From positions 5,237,784 to 5,301,783 of the forward strand of contig JAUPSS010000004.1 of the NCBI GenBank assembly GCA_040285825.1: a DNA stretch of 64,000 bases. The letters are read 5' to 3'. The notes below the pieces were generated by a model. The model searched no databases, had not been told where the DNA came from, and saw only the letters and a program-made list of their open reading frames with translations. The position numbers and the translations under genes are program-made. Source of the DNA: Eukaryota sp. TZLM1-RC (taxonomy: Eukaryota; Protista; Metamonada: BaSk clade). Of this stretch, positions 47,671 to 57,846 are shown piece after piece (within the stretch, counting starts at the first letter, position 1; the number at the start of each line of letters is the position of its first letter).

Positions 47671-48329
47671 TTGGAATGTGAATTCCTCAATGAAATTTAT
47701 TACAAAAAATAAATTTCATAATTTCATAAAGAGCATAATTTCTGCATAGTAAATGATACGTGACTTTTTCATAAGCGTTTCAAAAGAATTTGAACCATCA
47801 GTGAATATCGCAAACGAAACTATCAGGGTGCGATGCTGACATAAGCTAATGTCTGAATGGATATTGGAATAAGTGATTGTGAAAACCTACTTCGCTTCAT
47901 GCATCAATTCATTTTGAGTCGAGCCGAGTTAACTCGAGTCAAACTTATCTTAAAACTTATACCAATGGGTCAAATGAATTGAATTGACTCATTCTTACAT
48001 TACATCCATTGACATACATCCTACTTCAATTATTACCATATCCATTGTGTTAGTCCACATCTTCATTTGTTCTGTTAAGATTTCATGTTACATCAAATAT
48101 AATCGAACTTTCTTTCAAAATTAGTAAACATTCACATCTTCTCAGTTGACTAAAATTGAACGTTCAACGATTTAAATACCGTTTATGTAATATGTTTAAA
48201 GAATCTTGAAAAAATTTTATTAGATGAGGAGGCTAAAATTGTGGAGTTTTGATGACAAGGTAGGTTATAAAAATTGCCAAAGTAATGGCAAAATCTCCAC
48301 AAATAAAGCTTCTATTCAATCAAGATGAC

Positions 48330-51300
48330 TTATTTGGAAATTCCGACAGAATGTAAATATTTACTCAATTCAGGAATACGTTCAACCGCTTCTTCAGGCA
48401 ACATCTTCAGCAGGCTAACCACCGTATCTTGCTCCTGTTGAAGCGAAACTAACATTGACCTAAACAAAACAAAACCAAAACTTATACCAAGAAGACCAAG
48501 TAAACAAACTAAAAAAACAACAATTTTGGTTGATCTTACAAGAGATTGACCGAGCCCAAGAACTACATCATGAACACGGAGAAGTATCTCTCGTGCTGAG
48601 GCGGTGGAGTTTATCAAAGACGCAACATTGTTAGAATTACCAAAATTTGCCAAATATTGTTGAACAAAGGATGAAACAGAGTGATAATAATAAGCGAAGC
48701 CAGAATGAGTGTCAGTGGTTGAAAATTTGGAACTATAGAGGAGATCGATCACCTCTGCATTCAAATATTGACTGAGTTCGACAAGTTTGTTGTAATGTAG
48801 GTTGAATTCATGTGAAAGTGCAGTTAATTTGTCAAAACTTATGGAAAAAAGTTCTTTGTTCAGAATACTTTGTAACATTGAGTATTCAATATCTTCTAAA
48901 TCCAGGGAAACTTTTGCCAAAGAATCCATGAATACAAATAGAGTGGTGGATTGTGGATTAAACCACAATAAAACAACAATTCCAGCAAAAAAGACCACAA
49001 AAAGACCAAATATCACAAAAACAAAACGTCTCTTGTGATTGGCTATGTTTGCATCCTTGAGGTTCTGCTTAATAACAATGGTTGAATTGTCTTCAAATTG
49101 TCTAAATTGTGAACATGTATATAAAAGCAAAGACGTAACTAGGATAAAAGATGAGATAGAAATGGTGAATGGGGTAAAATTGATGGAGATATGGTAAGAA
49201 ATTTTGGCTTCTTCGAAGATGGCAGATGACAACTGAGAAGAGATCAGTTGGATCTCGTCCATAACGTTTCTCATTAATTCATCAAATTTGAGACCAAAAA
49301 TAAGTTCAAAAGCAATTTCTTTTCTCTCAACGTAGGGTAATTCTTGGTAATGGGACGAATTTTTCAAACTTTCATCAAAATTGTGACCTGTTGCATCCCA
49401 ATCAAATCGTGATTGAAAACATAAATGACCACTTTCATTTGAAACTTCAACAATGCTAACCAGCCTGCAACTGAATAGCAGTACTTCCTTGATCAAATCG
49501 AACAGTTCAAACTCTGCTAAATTGGTCAGCAATTCCAAACAAATGGATTTCTGTGACTCAAAACGATCGCAGTAACTAGTTGAAAGGTGGTTAAAAAAAT
49601 GTTCGAATTCGGTTAAAGCCCTATTGATTTCATGGTAATATAATTCAGGTTGTAAAGAATAAAGTTCAAAAAAATGAATCATTGTAGTAAAACTGGCTTG
49701 AAAATCAGCTATAACTTCAAATAGCAGAGATTGTTCTTCCAGTCTAGAATTGTCGAGCTTTAACTGATTCAAAGTTAAATTGTTGCTGTATAGAAGATAT
49801 GAAAAACATGAGATAATGAAAACTACTAAAACAAAAGTAACCAATTTTGTTTTTCTAGAATAGCTCTGGAAATAGTAACTAATCATTGCTAATAAAGAAA
49901 CAAGAATGGAAGAGACGATGGCATACTTCTTCAATGATGTCCTAGATATTAAGAAGCTCAAAAACTGTTGAGAATCATTTGAAATATTGAACCTAATGGA
50001 ATCAAAAACTTGGTTTTTCCCATCCAAAAATGACTTCAACACGTCGAAAAAACGATTAGACGAAATAATATCTTTCGAAAGAATGAACAATTGAGATGAA
50101 TTAAATTGATAAAGGTCATCTTCATTATTGGAATAAAAAAGAGTGTTGGGATATTTGACCAATGTAGCAACAGAATCTGTTTCATCATCAAAATTGTAAG
50201 TGAAATTTGACAAAAATTTGGAAACTTCAGGATTTGTGTTATGAATGTGTACAGACTGGAAAAGTGTAATTTTTTCCAAATATTTCAATTTTTCAAAAGA
50301 AGACTCAACAAGGCCCAAAGCATCTTCATTATTTAAATCTGACAAATATTTGGAAATTTGATTTCTAAAATTTGAAACACGTGTAGAGAGTGCATAATAA
50401 TGCAAAAACAGTGGATTTCCAGCCACAGCGAATTTTCTGACAAACGATCTGGAAGCAAATATTTCACCATCAAATCTGATTGAGTCATCCAAAAATTCTG
50501 AGAGTCTCACAGAATCTTGGAATATTTCAAACTTTTGATTGTTATTATTCAAGAAAGAAACAGTAATAAACAATGAAGAGACAACCAAAAACAGTGAAAA
50601 AAAGAAGGTTATTCCCTTAAAACACTTGGTTGAGCTCTTCTTCATGGACGTCTTGTCATCCGAAATATTGACAACAGACTCAAAATTGTTCCTTGATGCT
50701 ATGTCGTCAGAATCACTTGTGTCTACATCTCCAATTAGTACATCAAGACCCACAGCCCCAACAAAGTGACCAAACTGAAAAATAGGAGCAGAAACTGTTA
50801 TTAAATTAGCTGTAAAACTACCAAAATCATAATTAAAAGGGTTTGTTTTGTAAAATTGCAATGTTTCTTTAGGCATTTTGTAAAATTCCTCCTTATCTAT
50901 TTCAGGCATAGCACCAACCTCTACTCTCCCACTGTCCCGAAATACCATTGGAACAAATCTCTTATCAACATCATGGCCTTGAGGACATGAAAAATCAGCA
51001 TCATCGTATTGGTCAGGTTCAAATCCAGCCCACACACATAGAAATCGTTTATTCTTCATTAGAGTCTTGCGGAGGACGTTAATAACTTTGTTTCTTGGCA
51101 TGTTTTTTAGCAGGATATCATCAATAGACAGTAGTATTTCTCTTATTGTGAATCTTGCCGATTGCAAAACCAAGGCATTTGAAGGATCATCTTTTGGAAA
51201 CAAGAGATATGCATTTAAAGCAGCTGTTTTTTGATTTATTATTTGCTGAAATGCTGTTGAAGATATATACAGTACAATAAAGAAAAAAACAAGAAAAACT

Positions 51301-53771
51301 ACAATCCCAGTCAAAATTAAATAAAATGAAAGATTTGAATACAAATTGAAAATAAAGGAGAATAGTTCATTATAAAAATTAACCAAAGCAGTGGAAAACT
51401 GACGAGCATTGCCAAAAACAAAACTCGATTCAAACTTAGGGTTAGGGTTAGGGTAAGTCAGATGATCAGCAAAAAGCCCCACATCTGCACAGTAACTCAA
51501 CCCCTGCTGCCATAAAGAAGTTGTAAATGCGGCATGAGATTGAGGTGAAATGGGAAACTTCACAATTGAAATTACCTTTGGAAGAGAAAACAATCTTGAT
51601 AAGCTCTTTGGCAATGTAGGAGAATCTTCAAATTCTTGTCTTGGACAGCCAGAGCTCGGATCAGTTTTGGTGGCTAGTCTGGTTAAATGAAAAGCTAAAT
51701 GTTGAGATTGAGAAGCCAAGAGGGTTGAAAAATTCCCATTCAAGTCCTCAATAGACATGGTGAGATCAAAATGATTGGAAAATTCATATTCCAACATTCT
51801 GGTAGGTAAATTAAGAGAGAGTTGAATGGCATGGCTCAATTCATATGCATGCACTGAAAACTTGCTGGATTGAGATAGCCAAATCAAACCAAACAAACCT
51901 AAAACAACAAAAACAACAAAGACTAATGCCAGAGTGGCATACATTGAAACTTTGAGAAACAGCCCCTTCTTTTTCTCCCGCTTTTGGGTTCCCAAAATTT
52001 TGGTGGTTTTTGCACTGCATATACTCTGATGAATACTTGACCCACTAAGAACTGAACCAACAGCAGAACCGGATTCTGAAAAATTTTGTTTCCCCGCAAT
52101 TAGAGCTGCAGCGGTTGAATCTAAAATATCAGCAGTGGTATCATCAAGGTGGATGTCCCGAATGAACCAAGAAAATCGGACAACAACAGGATAATCCTCA
52201 TAACCAGCTGCAAAATATTGTGAAAAATAGTTAAAAGTTCGTTCTCTGGAAACATGTAAATCGTGCAGGATGTCAGATACCTTGTTAAGATCCACGTTTT
52301 TCTTTAGTAGAGAATCCCAAAAGGAGGCAACAACAGACAAACAATGATGAAAAGAACTATCTATTCTATTGACAAGTTTGAGTTTGGTATGTTCCATTGA
52401 TTGCAATGCTGCGAACTGCTGACCTGTAGACGCTCTAAATTCATTAATCTCAGAATTTAAGAATGAGATCATCCAGTTGACAAAGACAGACTTATCAGAA
52501 TCATTTGAAAATAGTGAATTTAATTTGGTTTTGGCTAGAGTTAATTGTTTGGAAACGTATAAATGATAAATTGTGGAAGATATCAAGGCGTAATTCATTT
52601 CAAAGCCACTAAATGTTGCTTCTACTTGTGCCAGCAACACTTCAATAAAATTCAAGACTTGGGGTTCTGATTGGAGAGAATAAGCAGCATTCAACATGGA
52701 ATTGAATTGAGGAAATCTTCTAATTTCAATACTTTTGGTGGTGTTACCGTCAAGAACGCGTTCGATACATTGATATAGCGAATTATATTTTCTATTAAAC
52801 AAAAAACAACAAAGCCCACCAAAAAATAAATAGAAAAATAGAAACAAAACTAGATTAAAAATACTATTTGAGTTTCGAAATTGAGTGTAAACAGAATAGA
52901 TAAAGAACGCAAAAGCATTTCCTAACCACATACCGAGTCCAGTGGCAGAGATCAACGTGGCACCAACACTGTAAAAAGGAAAATTAGTGTAAAAGTGGTA
53001 GAGGGAAAAAGCAGCAGAGAGCATGTAACATGAACGTATAAGGTAGAATCTGTAAGGAAAAGAAAAGAGAACAAAGATGAATACGAAGAAAGAGGCCACA
53101 GAGTAACAGAGAGCATGGGGATGAGAGATGGCAAACTTGTCTTTGGAAAGAGGAGAAAATTGGTGAAATGTGGTAAAGCGAAAAAAGGTGGCGAATAACA
53201 GGACAAGGAGACAAAAGAGTGCATAGAATCTCCTTGCAATCTCCCAGGGTGATGAGCATGAAGATGTAGGAATGACCTGGGTGATGAGAGGATTGTGGGA
53301 AGTGTCGAGACCACAACGAATAAAGGACAAAAGAAGTATGGTGAACGGAATACAACACGTTGTCAACGTGATGTAGAGAACTGAGCCAAAGGTCTTGAGC
53401 AACTTTGGCGCACAAGATTTAGTCTGCTGATTTGAGTCAAGGAGTCCAAGTAGTGCAAATGATAATAAAATCGTGCCACATAGAAGAATAAAGCTTGAGA
53501 CAATCCAGAATGAAACCGTGGGTGTGATGACAGTATCATGATAGAGAGGAACACTTATCACACTGAAAATAGCTTTTAAGTCAAGAACTGCATGAAACTC
53601 AACAGTTTGTGTTACAAAGCCTATAGATTGCAGTAAGAGAATGCCATAGAGAACGCCTGAATACCGACGAATGAATCCATCAGAGAAAAAAGGCCTCAGA
53701 TAGCGGAAAGAAACGCTAGGATGTTGGAAATCATCTACAGCAACCTGCAAGTCCTTGTTCACATCTATCAT
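48330..53771 (-). CDS. Large polytopic TmcB/TmcC-like membrane protein with an internal bacterial-type (d)Cache sensor domain, 1813 aa
   Basis: N-terminal TM bundle, helical region with FWDSL, repeated TM-ectodomain-TM modules, C-terminal LLKMLPEE..I. Central VWAGFEPDQYD..RFVP..FY..PKET..PF.Y..SAPI...F.GAVGLD resembles MCP dCache domains. Confidence 0.75.
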   Translation of the reverse strand: MIDVNKDLQVAVDDFQHPSVSFRYLRPFFSDGFIRRYSGVLYGILLLQSIGFVTQTVEFHAVLDLKAIFSVISVPLYHDTVITPTVSFWIVSSFILLCGTILLSFALLGLLDSNQQTKSCAPKLLKTFGSVLYITLTTCCIPFTILLLSFIRCGLDTSHNPLITQVIPTSSCSSPWEIARRFYALFCLLVLLFATFFRFTTFHQFSPLSKDKFAISHPHALCYSVASFFVFIFVLFSFPYRFYLIRSCYMLSAAFSLYHFYTNFPFYSVGATLISATGLGMWLGNAFAFFIYSVYTQFRNSNSIFNLVLFLFFYLFFGGLCCFLFNRKYNSLYQCIERVLDGNTTKSIEIRRFPQFNSMLNAAYSLQSEPQVLNFIEVLLAQVEATFSGFEMNYALISSTIYHLYVSKQLTLAKTKLNSLFSNDSDKSVFVNWMISFLNSEINEFRASTGQQFAALQSMEHTKLKLVNRIDSSFHHCLSVVASFWDSLLKKNVDLNKVSDILHDLHVSRERTFNYFSQYFAAGYEDYPVVVRFSWFIRDIHLDDTTADILDSTAAALIAGKQNFSESGSAVGSVLSGSSIHQSICSAKTTKILGTQKREKKKGLFLKVSMYATLALVFVVFVVLGLFGLIWLSQSSKFSVHAYELSHAIQLSLNLPTRMLEYEFSNHFDLTMSIEDLNGNFSTLLASQSQHLAFHLTRLATKTDPSSGCPRQEFEDSPTLPKSLSRLFSLPKVISIVKFPISPQSHAAFTTSLWQQGLSYCADVGLFADHLTYPNPNPKFESSFVFGNARQFSTALVNFYNELFSFIFNLYSNLSFYLILTGIVVFLVFFFIVLYISSTAFQQIINQKTAALNAYLLFPKDDPSNALVLQSARFTIREILLSIDDILLKNMPRNKVINVLRKTLMKNKRFLCVWAGFEPDQYDDADFSCPQGHDVDKRFVPMVFRDSGRVEVGAMPEIDKEEFYKMPKETLQFYKTNPFNYDFGSFTANLITVSAPIFQFGHFVGAVGLDVLIGDVDTSDSDDIASRNNFESVVNISDDKTSMKKSSTKCFKGITFFFSLFLVVSSLFITVSFLNNNNQKFEIFQDSVRLSEFLDDSIRFDGEIFASRSFVRKFAVAGNPLFLHYYALSTRVSNFRNQISKYLSDLNNEDALGLVESSFEKLKYLEKITLFQSVHIHNTNPEVSKFLSNFTYNFDDETDSVATLVKYPNTLFYSNNEDDLYQFNSSQLFILSKDIISSNRFFDVLKSFLDGKNQVFDSIRFNISNDSQQFLSFLISRTSLKKYAIVSSILVSLLAMISYYFQSYSRKTKLVTFVLVVFIISCFSYLLYSNNLTLNQLKLDNSRLEEQSLLFEVIADFQASFTTMIHFFELYSLQPELYYHEINRALTEFEHFFNHLSTSYCDRFESQKSICLELLTNLAEFELFDLIKEVLLFSCRLVSIVEVSNESGHLCFQSRFDWDATGHNFDESLKNSSHYQELPYVERKEIAFELIFGLKFDELMRNVMDEIQLISSQLSSAIFEEAKISYHISINFTPFTISISSFILVTSLLLYTCSQFRQFEDNSTIVIKQNLKDANIANHKRRFVFVIFGLFVVFFAGIVVLLWFNPQSTTLFVFMDSLAKVSLDLEDIEYSMLQSILNKELFSISFDKLTALSHEFNLHYNKLVELSQYLNAEVIDLLYSSKFSTTDTHSGFAYYYHSVSSFVQQYLANFGNSNNVASLINSTASAREILLRVHDVVLGLGQSLVRSTKIVVFLVCLLGLLGISFGFVLFRSMLVSLQQEQDTVVSLLKMLPEEAVERIPELSKYLHSVGISK

Positions 53772-53959
53772 TTAACAGATCTGATGGTAGAAATAGAATC
53801 TGTTTACAAGGAAAAAAGAGGGGTTTCTAGACCAGGAACGCCCAGGAAGAGATGGACGAGTCTTGTGTAGCTTTTGTTTCTAGTTTTGGTTTGGTTTTCT
53901 TGGTTGGTATTGAAATTCCAGCTAAATTATATTCAATTGATGCTATTCTTCATTTGGGT

Positions 53960-54750
53960 TCGTTTTTAGGAAATGGTGCATCAGTTGCTGCATAGACTTC
54001 TGATTTATTTTTTAATTCTAATGATCAGAATTATATTTTCAATTTAGATTTTAAGAATGCTTTCAATTCTGTACATCGAAGTGCAGTTTATGATGTTATC
54101 CAAAAAGAATTTCCAGAATTATCCAGCTATTTTTATTTATTTTATGGTAAAGCCAGTGAACTAATTTATGAATCTTATGCTTTATTTTCGTTTTCCGGAA
54201 TTAAGCAAGGTGATCCCCTTGGGCCATTACTCTTTTGTGTGGCAATTCACAAGTCTTTGATTCATTTCAGTAATCGCTATCCGATGTTGAAGATAGTAGG
54301 ATACATGGATGATATCTCAATTATTGGTCCATTAAATGTTTAAAATGAAATTGCGTCTGAAGCCTGACTGTTTTACAGAGATGTTGGTCTTTTGCTTGAT
54401 GCAAACAAATGTCTCCTCATAGGAAAAGTTAAAGATAGATTAACCATTGATGGTGTTGAAATTCCTTTTCTTAACTATTCCTCAGATGCTTTTCGTTTCC
54501 TAGGATGCTGGCTTGGAAATGTTCCAAAAATTACTGAAGAATTGAATAATCTTTAAATGAAATTGGGTTCTGAACTTGATACAATTTCGTCATTTGAAAT
54601 TGAGAAACATATTAAGTATTTTATCTTAAAAATTTGCTACTCCGGTGAAATTCCTCACATTTTAAAAAACAACATCTCCTGATATTTTACGTGAGTTTTG
54701 CCGCTCATTTAATTATTTGAGAACAAAATTTTTTGCAACTTTGATTGATG
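53960..54750 (+). mobile_element. Non-LTR (CRE-like) reverse transcriptase pseudogene
   Basis: Manual translation gives LDFKNAFNSVHR, GIKQGDPLGPLLF, GYMDD, FRFLGCWLG, with in-frame stops. Confidence 0.9.
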
Positions 54751-54756
54751 AATTTG

Positions 54757-54818
54757 TTGATTTCTGCTCAGTGCTCTGAATGTCATTGTGAAGAGATTCA
54801 ATCAAGCACGGGTAAACA

Positions 54819-54863
<45 letters not shown>

Positions 54864-54919
54864 CCTAATCAGTGACGCGCATGAATGGATTAACGAGGTT
54901 CCCATTGTTCCTATTTACC

Positions 54920-54955
<36 letters not shown>

Positions 54956-55359
54956 TAATTCAGCGGGGAAAGAAGACCCTGTGGAGCTTGACTCTAGTCT
55001 GATATTGTGAACCGATTCAGGAGGTGTAGCGTACAGGGGAGTAGATTTATCTACGCCAATGAAACACCCTGACTCTTGACATTGGTTTGCTAACTTAATT
55101 AATCCGAAACAGGTTTCCTGTTTCAAGATTTAAGTGTCTTCGGATACGATCGGATTTAAGGACATTGTCAGATGGGGAGTTTGGCTGGGGCGGCACATCT
55201 CCAAAATAATAACGGAGGTGTCCTAAGGTGAGCTCAATGAGAACAAAAATCTCATGTGGAACATAAGGGTAAAAGCTCACTTGATTTTGATTTTCAGTAT
55301 GAATACAAACCAAGAAATTGTGGCCTAACGATCCTTTTAACTATAAGAAACTTTTAGCT

Positions 55360-55402
<43 letters not shown>

Positions 55403-55504
55403 AGCCAAGCGTTCATAGCGACGTTGCTTTTTGATTCTTCGATGTTGGCTCTTCCTATCATTGAGAAGCAGAATTCTCAAAGCGTTGGATTGTTCACCCA
55501 TTAA

Positions 55505-55545
<41 letters not shown>

Positions 55546-55550
55546 TTTAC
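54757..55550 (+). rRNA. 28S: Partial 28S (LSU) rRNA fragment, probably an orphan pseudogene
   Basis: GGGAGTAACTATGACTCTCTTAAGGTAGCCAAATGCCTCGTC, GGGGAAAGAAGACCCTGT, CACAGGGATAACTGGCTTG, GAGCTGGGTTTAGACCGTCGTGAGACAGG; no flanking rDNA. Confidence 0.95.
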
Positions 55551-55609
55551 TAAAATAATAAGACAACAATAAAACTATAAAATTACATCAACTAAGTTAA
55601 CAAAAAAAC

Positions 55610-57018
55610 TGTTGGCGCCCTAAGGCTTATATAATATGATTAGAAAATAAATCAACTTTTCCTTATTGACTTTTCTTTACTACAATAGACTTTAGGCAAC
55701 AATAACTATTGGCCATTTTAAAGTCAAAAGGTATACCATAACTTCAGCACTAGTGAACATCCCCAGACACTTTACAGCATGTCAGACATCTTCCAACAAG
55801 ATATCTCTGACCCTAATCCCCCACTTAACATGCAGCAGGTACCAGCGACACGTATACATAATATAGAGGGTAACGAGGCAACGGACCCGGATCCCACCTC
55901 CCCCTCCCTTGAAGTAGAAGAAGATGAAAGAGTGGACGAGGTCCCTCCATCTTCAGCAACAGAAGAGGTAACGAGAACGGACCCAGTTCCCTCTCCCCTC
56001 AAAGCAATGGAAGAGGTAACGAGAACGGACCCGGCTCCCTCTCCCCTCAAAGCAATGGAAGAGGTAACGAGAACGGACCCGGCTCCCTCTCCCCTCCCAA
56101 TTGTAGAACCTGTCTCAAAGGGAACGGATGGAAATCCCACCTTAGACACGTCTTCTGCATTAGGAGAATATGAAGAAATTCACATAATCTCAATTTGATG
56201 AGATGGAAGGAGAAGATGACTCCAGTGATGGATCCTCCTAACAAGGACACAGAGCCTTACCTCGAATCAATGGACTTTTATTCATTCGAGCAGCTCCCTT
56301 CCTTATGGAGCCAAACACGAGAAAAGTCGACCAAATACGAGGTTACGGGTAGAAACTCCACCTCCACTGTTATTGTACTACCATGCAAAGATACGGTCCT
56401 TGCTCCTCTGATATTTTTAGTCGTAAAGCCAGTACTTTAACAACAAAAGACGCCGCCTTCGGGTCTCTTAGGTTTGTTACTTTGCTGACTGTTGTTTTTG
56501 ATCCAACATAGACCCTGCATGATCATTAGCGAATCCTTTCTTCGATTCCATGATACTTTTACTAAACGACACTACCAAGTTTCTCGTTTACGAAAAAGGG
56601 AAGAAGCAGAGCGCCTTTATGAAGCGATTAAAACATACACAAAAAAGTATTCAAACACATAGATCTTGGAACGAGGCCCTTTTCAGTTATTGCTTACTAC
56701 CTTATACTAACATTATTGTAGGAGAGTCATAGTACATCAATTGTCGATCTTAAAAATGTGCAACCAGTGTTTGTGTGAATCCCAATCACTACAAAGATAA
56801 TTGTACAATGGAAAACATTAGAATTTGGTATTTAGTTTTCAGTAGTTATAGTTATTTAGTTATTTGTTCATAGTTTTAGTTTCATATTCATATAAGCTGA
56901 TTTATTTTGAAAAAGGGAAGAAGCAGTGTTGGCGCCCTAAGGCTTATATAATATGATTAGAAAATAAATCAACTTTTCCTCATTGACTTTTCTTTACTAC
57001 AATAGACTTTAGGCAACA
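55610..57018 (+). mobile_element. Non-autonomous mini LTR element, 1409 bp
   Basis: 92-bp LTRs (55610-55701 and 56927-57018, one mismatch), TGTTG..CAACA ends, AAAC TSD, PPT GAAAAAGGGAAGAAGCAG. Confidence 0.93.
55779..56198 (+). CDS. Acidic Pro-rich hypothetical protein inside the LTR element
   Basis: 139-aa ORF containing ~3 x 48-bp repeats (EEVTRTDPAPSPLKAM, 55962-56097). Confidence 0.45.
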   Translation: MSDIFQQDISDPNPPLNMQQVPATRIHNIEGNEATDPDPTSPSLEVEEDERVDEVPPSSATEEVTRTDPVPSPLKAMEEVTRTDPAPSPLKAMEEVTRTDPAPSPLPIVEPVSKGTDGNPTLDTSSALGEYEEIHIISI

Positions 57019-57024
57019 AAACAA

Positions 57025-57633
57025 CAAAAATGAAATCATTATTCAGCCATAACTCTTCGAAGATAAGAATCATATGTCAGCATGACTCTGTAAGAACCTT
57101 TCAAAGCCAAAACAGCCACCGTCTGAAAAGATTTGACTTTTAATGCTTTCAATCTCTTGTAAGTATTTTTCAATACCGCCAAAAAGAGAAAAAACTAAAG
57201 GAACAATTTCATTACACTGTTCAGGAACAAGACAAGCGTATTTTCTTAACTTTCGTTGAATTGAATCATCAAAAGCTTTGGTCAAATTATGATTATTGCC
57301 TCCAGAAAATGTTAAATCACAAAATTTTTTGCCATCTTCAATATAAAAATCAGCAATTTTTTGTTGACCATTATGTTCAAAAAGTTTTCAATATTACGAT
57401 CAGAAATATTGAATTCTTCAGCAATACTAAGTTTCACAGCATCATCTTTGTCTTCGTCTTTGCTTAACAGCACCACTCACTTTTTTACAGGCACAAAAGT
57501 GGGAAGAAGTCAAATTCTTGTAACCACAAAGAGAACACATAGGAACAGCTGTGAAATTCAAAAGTCTCCATTGCAGACATTGTACATATTCCGAATTATT
57601 AATTTTACAAATTTCATTCGTCGGAAGAACCAA
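57025..57633 (-). mobile_element. Decayed RLE non-LTR 3' fragment (divergent family)
   Basis: CSLC..HF.AC knuckle; RKLRKY..PLVFSLFGG. Confidence 0.65.
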
Positions 57634-57846
57634 TAAAAAAGATGATTAAGATTTGATTACATTTTTGGTGTAGAAAAACTTTGTTGCATGAACTGTTACA
57701 TTGATAAAGAAAAATTATTTTACTTTTGTAATTTGACAGAAACAAAAAAAATTAATACAAAAAACAATTTACAGTTTCACTGTCATTTTGAATGTATTCT
57801 AGAAACAGATATCGTTTGTTTGATTTGAATCAAAAGGTGATCGTTT

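Noticed and set aside
51436-51453. (TTAGGG)3 telomere-like repeat; also (CCCTAA)~3 at 62770-62787
   Set aside because: Both lie in frame inside intact ORFs and encode Pro-Asn runs; too short to call interstitial telomeres.
54836-54855. R2 element insertion at the canonical 28S site
   Set aside because: The target sequence is uninterrupted; the adjacent RT joins about 90 nt upstream.
54911-55313. ORFs 54911..55126 and 55095..55313
   Set aside because: Antisense to 28S rRNA; spurious.
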